A program made the position numbers and the translations under genes. Positions 61,564-64,000 of a DNA stretch of 64,000 bases are shown here, in pieces. Below the pieces are notes generated by a model. The model saw nothing but the letters and a program-made list of their open reading frames with translations. It was not told the origin of the DNA and did not search any database. The stretch comes from Gammaproteobacteria bacterium (lineage in GTDB: Bacteria > Pseudomonadota > Gammaproteobacteria > SURF-13): NCBI GenBank assembly GCA_030655395.1, contig JAURVQ010000033.1, positions 493 through 64,492 on the forward strand, given 5' to 3'. Position 1 is the first letter of the stretch, and each line of letters begins with the position of its first letter.

Positions 61564-64000
61564 TCAGGCCAGCCTGCCGTGACACTGCTTGTACTTTTTG
61601 CCCGAGCCGCAGGGGCAGGGATCGTTGCGTCCCACCTTGCGCTCGCTGCGCACGAAAGGTGTGGCCGGCTCGGCGCTGCCGTCGGCAGCAGGCGCGGCTT
61701 CGGCATCAGCCGCAAGCGCGCTCGCTGAAAGCGCACTCATTGGGGCGTGCTGGAACTGCATGTTGGTGGCTTCACGCCGCTGCTGCTCGATCATGCGCAC
61801 GTCTTCTTCGGCACGCACCTGCGCGGTGCAGATCAGGCGTGTGACTTCGTGCTTGATGCGTTCCAGCAGATCCGCAAACAACTCGAACGACTCGCGCTTG
61901 AATTCCTGTTTCGGATTTTTTTGCGCGTAGCCGCGCAGATGAATGCCCTGGCGCAGATAATCCATGGCGGCAAGATGATCCTTCCAGAACCCGTCCAGCA
62001 CCTGCAGCATGACGGCCTTTTCGAGGTGGCGCATGACGCCGCTGCCGATGGCGGCCTCGCGCGCCTTCATGGTGCGCTCGATCTCGTCGTGAATACGGCT
62101 GCGCAGGATTTCCTCGTGCAGAGTGTCGTCGCTCTTGAGCCATTCACCAACGGGCAGCGCCATGCCGAGTTCGGCCTTCAGCGCGGCCTCCAGGCCGGGG
62201 ATGTCCCACTGTTCTTCGAGGCTCGCGCGCGGCATGTGGGCGTCGATGATGCCGTCAATCACATTGCCGCGGATGACGGTGATGGTCTCGGATATGTCCT
62301 CGCTGTCCATCAGTTCATTGCGCTGTTCGTAAACCACCTTGCGCTGATCGCTTGCCACATCGTCGTATTCCAGCAATTGCTTGCGGATATCGAAGTTGCG
62401 GCCTTCCACCTTGCGCTGTGCGTTTTCGATCGCCTTGGTGACCCACGGGTGCTCGATCGCCTCGCCTTCGTTCATGCCGAGCTTTTGCATCAGCCCGGCC
62501 ACGCGCTCGGAGGCGAAGATGCGCATCAGGTTGTCTTCGAGCGAGAGATAAAACCGGCTCGAACCCGGATCACCCTGGCGCCCGGAGCGTCCGCGCAACT
62601 GGTTGTCGATGCGGCGCGACTCGTGACGCTCGGTGCCGATGATGTGCAGGCCGCCGCTCGCGAGGACTTCGTCATGGCGTACCTGCCACTCTGCGCGCAG
62701 GCGTTTTACAGTCGCCTCGTCCGGATTTTCGAGCGCAGCGAGTTCCGCCTCCAGACCGCCGCCCAACACGATGTCGGTGCCGCGCCCCGCCATGTTGGTG
62801 GCGATGGTCACCGTGCCCGGCCGTCCGGCCTGCGCCACGATCTCCGCTTCCTTTTCATGAAACTTGGCATTCAGCACCTGATGCTTGATGCCCTCGTTGT
62901 CGAGCAGGCGCGACAGGTGCTCGGAGGTTTCAATGGATGCCGTACCCACCAGCACGGGCTGGCGGCGCGCCTGGCACTCCTTGACGTCCTTGATGATCGC
63001 GTTGAATTTTTCACTCGAGGTGAGATACACGAGATCGCCGTAATCCTTGCGCACCATCGGCTTGTGCGTCGGGATCACGATCACTTCGAGATTGTAAATC
63101 TGCTGGAATTCGTAGGCCTCGGTGTCCGCCGTGCCGGTCATGCCCGAGAGTTTTTTGTAGATGCGGAAATAATTCTGGAACGTGATCGAGGCGAGCGTCT
63201 GGTTTTCGCTCTGGATCGCCACGCCTTCCTTGGCCTCCACCGCCTGGTGCAACCCCTCCGACCAGCGCCGCCCCGGCATGGTGCGCCCGGTAAATTCATC
63301 GACGATGATGATCTGGTTGTCCTTGACGATGTACTCCACGTTGCGCTGGAATAGCGCGTGCGCGCGCAGCGCGGCGTGCAGATGATGCATGAGCATGATG
63401 TTGGCGCTGTCATACAGGCTCTCGTTCTCGCGCAGGATGCCGACCTCCGCCAGCAGCTCCTCGACGTGCTGGTGGCCCTGCTCCGAGAGCAGTACGTGGC
63501 GCTCCTTTTCATCGACCAGATAGTCGCCCGGTGCATCCTCTTTTTCCTGGCGCGTGAGGCGCGGGATGAGCAGGTTGATTTTTTGATACAGATCCGAGCT
63601 GTTTTCCGTGGCGCCGGAGATGATGAGCGGGGTGCGCGCCTCGTCGATCAGGATCGAGTCCACCTCGTCAATAACAGCGTAATGCAGGCCGCGCTGCATG
63701 CGTTCGCTGCGCGCAAACGCCATGTTGTCGCGCAGGTAGTCGAAGCCGAATTCGTTATTGGTGCCGTAGGTGATGTCGGCGCCATAGGCGGCGCGCTTCT
63801 CTTCCCCGTTCATGCCCGGCACCACCACGCCGGTGGTGAGGCCGAGAAATTCGTACAGCTTGCCCATCCAGCGCGCATCGCGCCGGGCGAGGTAATCGTT
63901 CACCGTGACGACATGCACGCCCTTGCCGGGCAGGGCGTTGAGGTAGGCGGCGAGCGTGGCGACCAGGGTCTTGCCTTCGCCGGTGCGCATCTCGGCGATC
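61564..64000 (-). CDS. secA: preprotein translocase ATPase SecA (C-terminal about 810 aa; N-terminus beyond window end)
   Basis: DEAD-like motor motifs and the C-terminal zinc-binding tail [17 protein letters not shown]. Confidence 0.9.
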   Translation of the reverse strand, partial: IAEMRTGEGKTLVATLAAYLNALPGKGVHVVTVNDYLARRDARWMGKLYEFLGLTTGVVVPGMNGEEKRAAYGADITYGTNNEFGFDYLRDNMAFARSERMQRGLHYAVIDEVDSILIDEARTPLIISGATENSSDLYQKINLLIPRLTRQEKEDAPGDYLVDEKERHVLLSEQGHQHVEELLAEVGILRENESLYDSANIMLMHHLHAALRAHALFQRNVEYIVKDNQIIIVDEFTGRTMPGRRWSEGLHQAVEAKEGVAIQSENQTLASITFQNYFRIYKKLSGMTGTADTEAYEFQQIYNLEVIVIPTHKPMVRKDYGDLVYLTSSEKFNAIIKDVKECQARRQPVLVGTASIETSEHLSRLLDNEGIKHQVLNAKFHEKEAEIVAQAGRPGTVTIATNMAGRGTDIVLGGGLEAELAALENPDEATVKRLRAEWQVRHDEVLASGGLHIIGTERHESRRIDNQLRGRSGRQGDPGSSRFYLSLEDNLMRIFASERVAGLMQKLGMNEGEAIEHPWVTKAIENAQRKVEGRNFDIRKQLLEYDDVASDQRKVVYEQRNELMDSEDISETITVIRGNVIDGIIDAHMPRASLEEQWDIPGLEAALKAELGMALPVGEWLKSDDTLHEEILRSRIHDEIERTMKAREAAIGSGVMRHLEKAVMLQVLDGFWKDHLAAMDYLRQGIHLRGYAQKNPKQEFKRESFELFADLLERIKHEVTRLICTAQVRAEEDVRMIEQQRREATNMQFQHAPMSALSASALAADAEAAPAADGSAEPATPFVRSERKVGRNDPCPCGSGKKYKQCHGRLA

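Overview
This is a high-GC (about 65%) gammaproteobacterial chromosomal segment, read without tools. Almost all of it is conserved housekeeping and envelope machinery in recognisable synteny. In order along the window: the start of ttcA (minus), an SPFH/NfeD pair, rsmE, hemF, a bacterial SET-domain protein, a DUF1003 membrane protein, msrA and an ArsC/Spx-family gene. Then come an MFP/FtsX-permease/ATPase ABC exporter (minus) and a complete type II secretion operon gspC to gspN, followed by rng and yhdP as in the E. coli mre-rng-yhdP neighbourhood. Next are a lipoprotein cytochrome c and an OMF-MacA-MacB tripartite exporter, then the lepA-lepB-(DUF4845)-rnc-era-recO-pdxJ-acpS-cysM block, a PolB-exo-like 3'-5' exonuclease, rlmD, pcp, purL, bamC, dapA, pilB-pilC-pilD-coaE-zapD-yacG, a GGDEF-EAL protein, argJ and the 3' part of secA. 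Three short lower-GC islets (about 45-52% by eye) interrupt this backbone. Islet 1 (about 6.0-7.2 kb) has a DUF4160/DUF2442 gene pair plus a small membrane protein. Islet 2 (about 32.7-34.7 kb) has a DUF3800-like protein and a brnT toxin gene inactivated by a 1-nt frameshift next to an intact brnA antitoxin. It also has an orphan TIGR02574-type antitoxin and a decayed brnT-like 3' remnant that now carries the lepA promoter region. Islet 3 (about 44.4-45.7 kb) has a two-TM hypothetical protein translationally coupled to a 53-aa ORF. There are also several families of structured intergenic repeats. A roughly 150-nt composite element occurs three times, two copies bracketing gspC in inverted orientation exactly at its start and stop codons. 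A long AG/CT-rich hairpin occurs twice in analogous positions, gspE|gspF and pilC|pilD. GC-rich 'ccctcccc...ggggaggg' palindromes recur in intergenic gaps. No rRNA, tRNA, CRISPR array, integrase or transposase was seen. The islet 2 DUF3800 + decayed TA locus and the gspC-bracketing repeats are the most unusual items.
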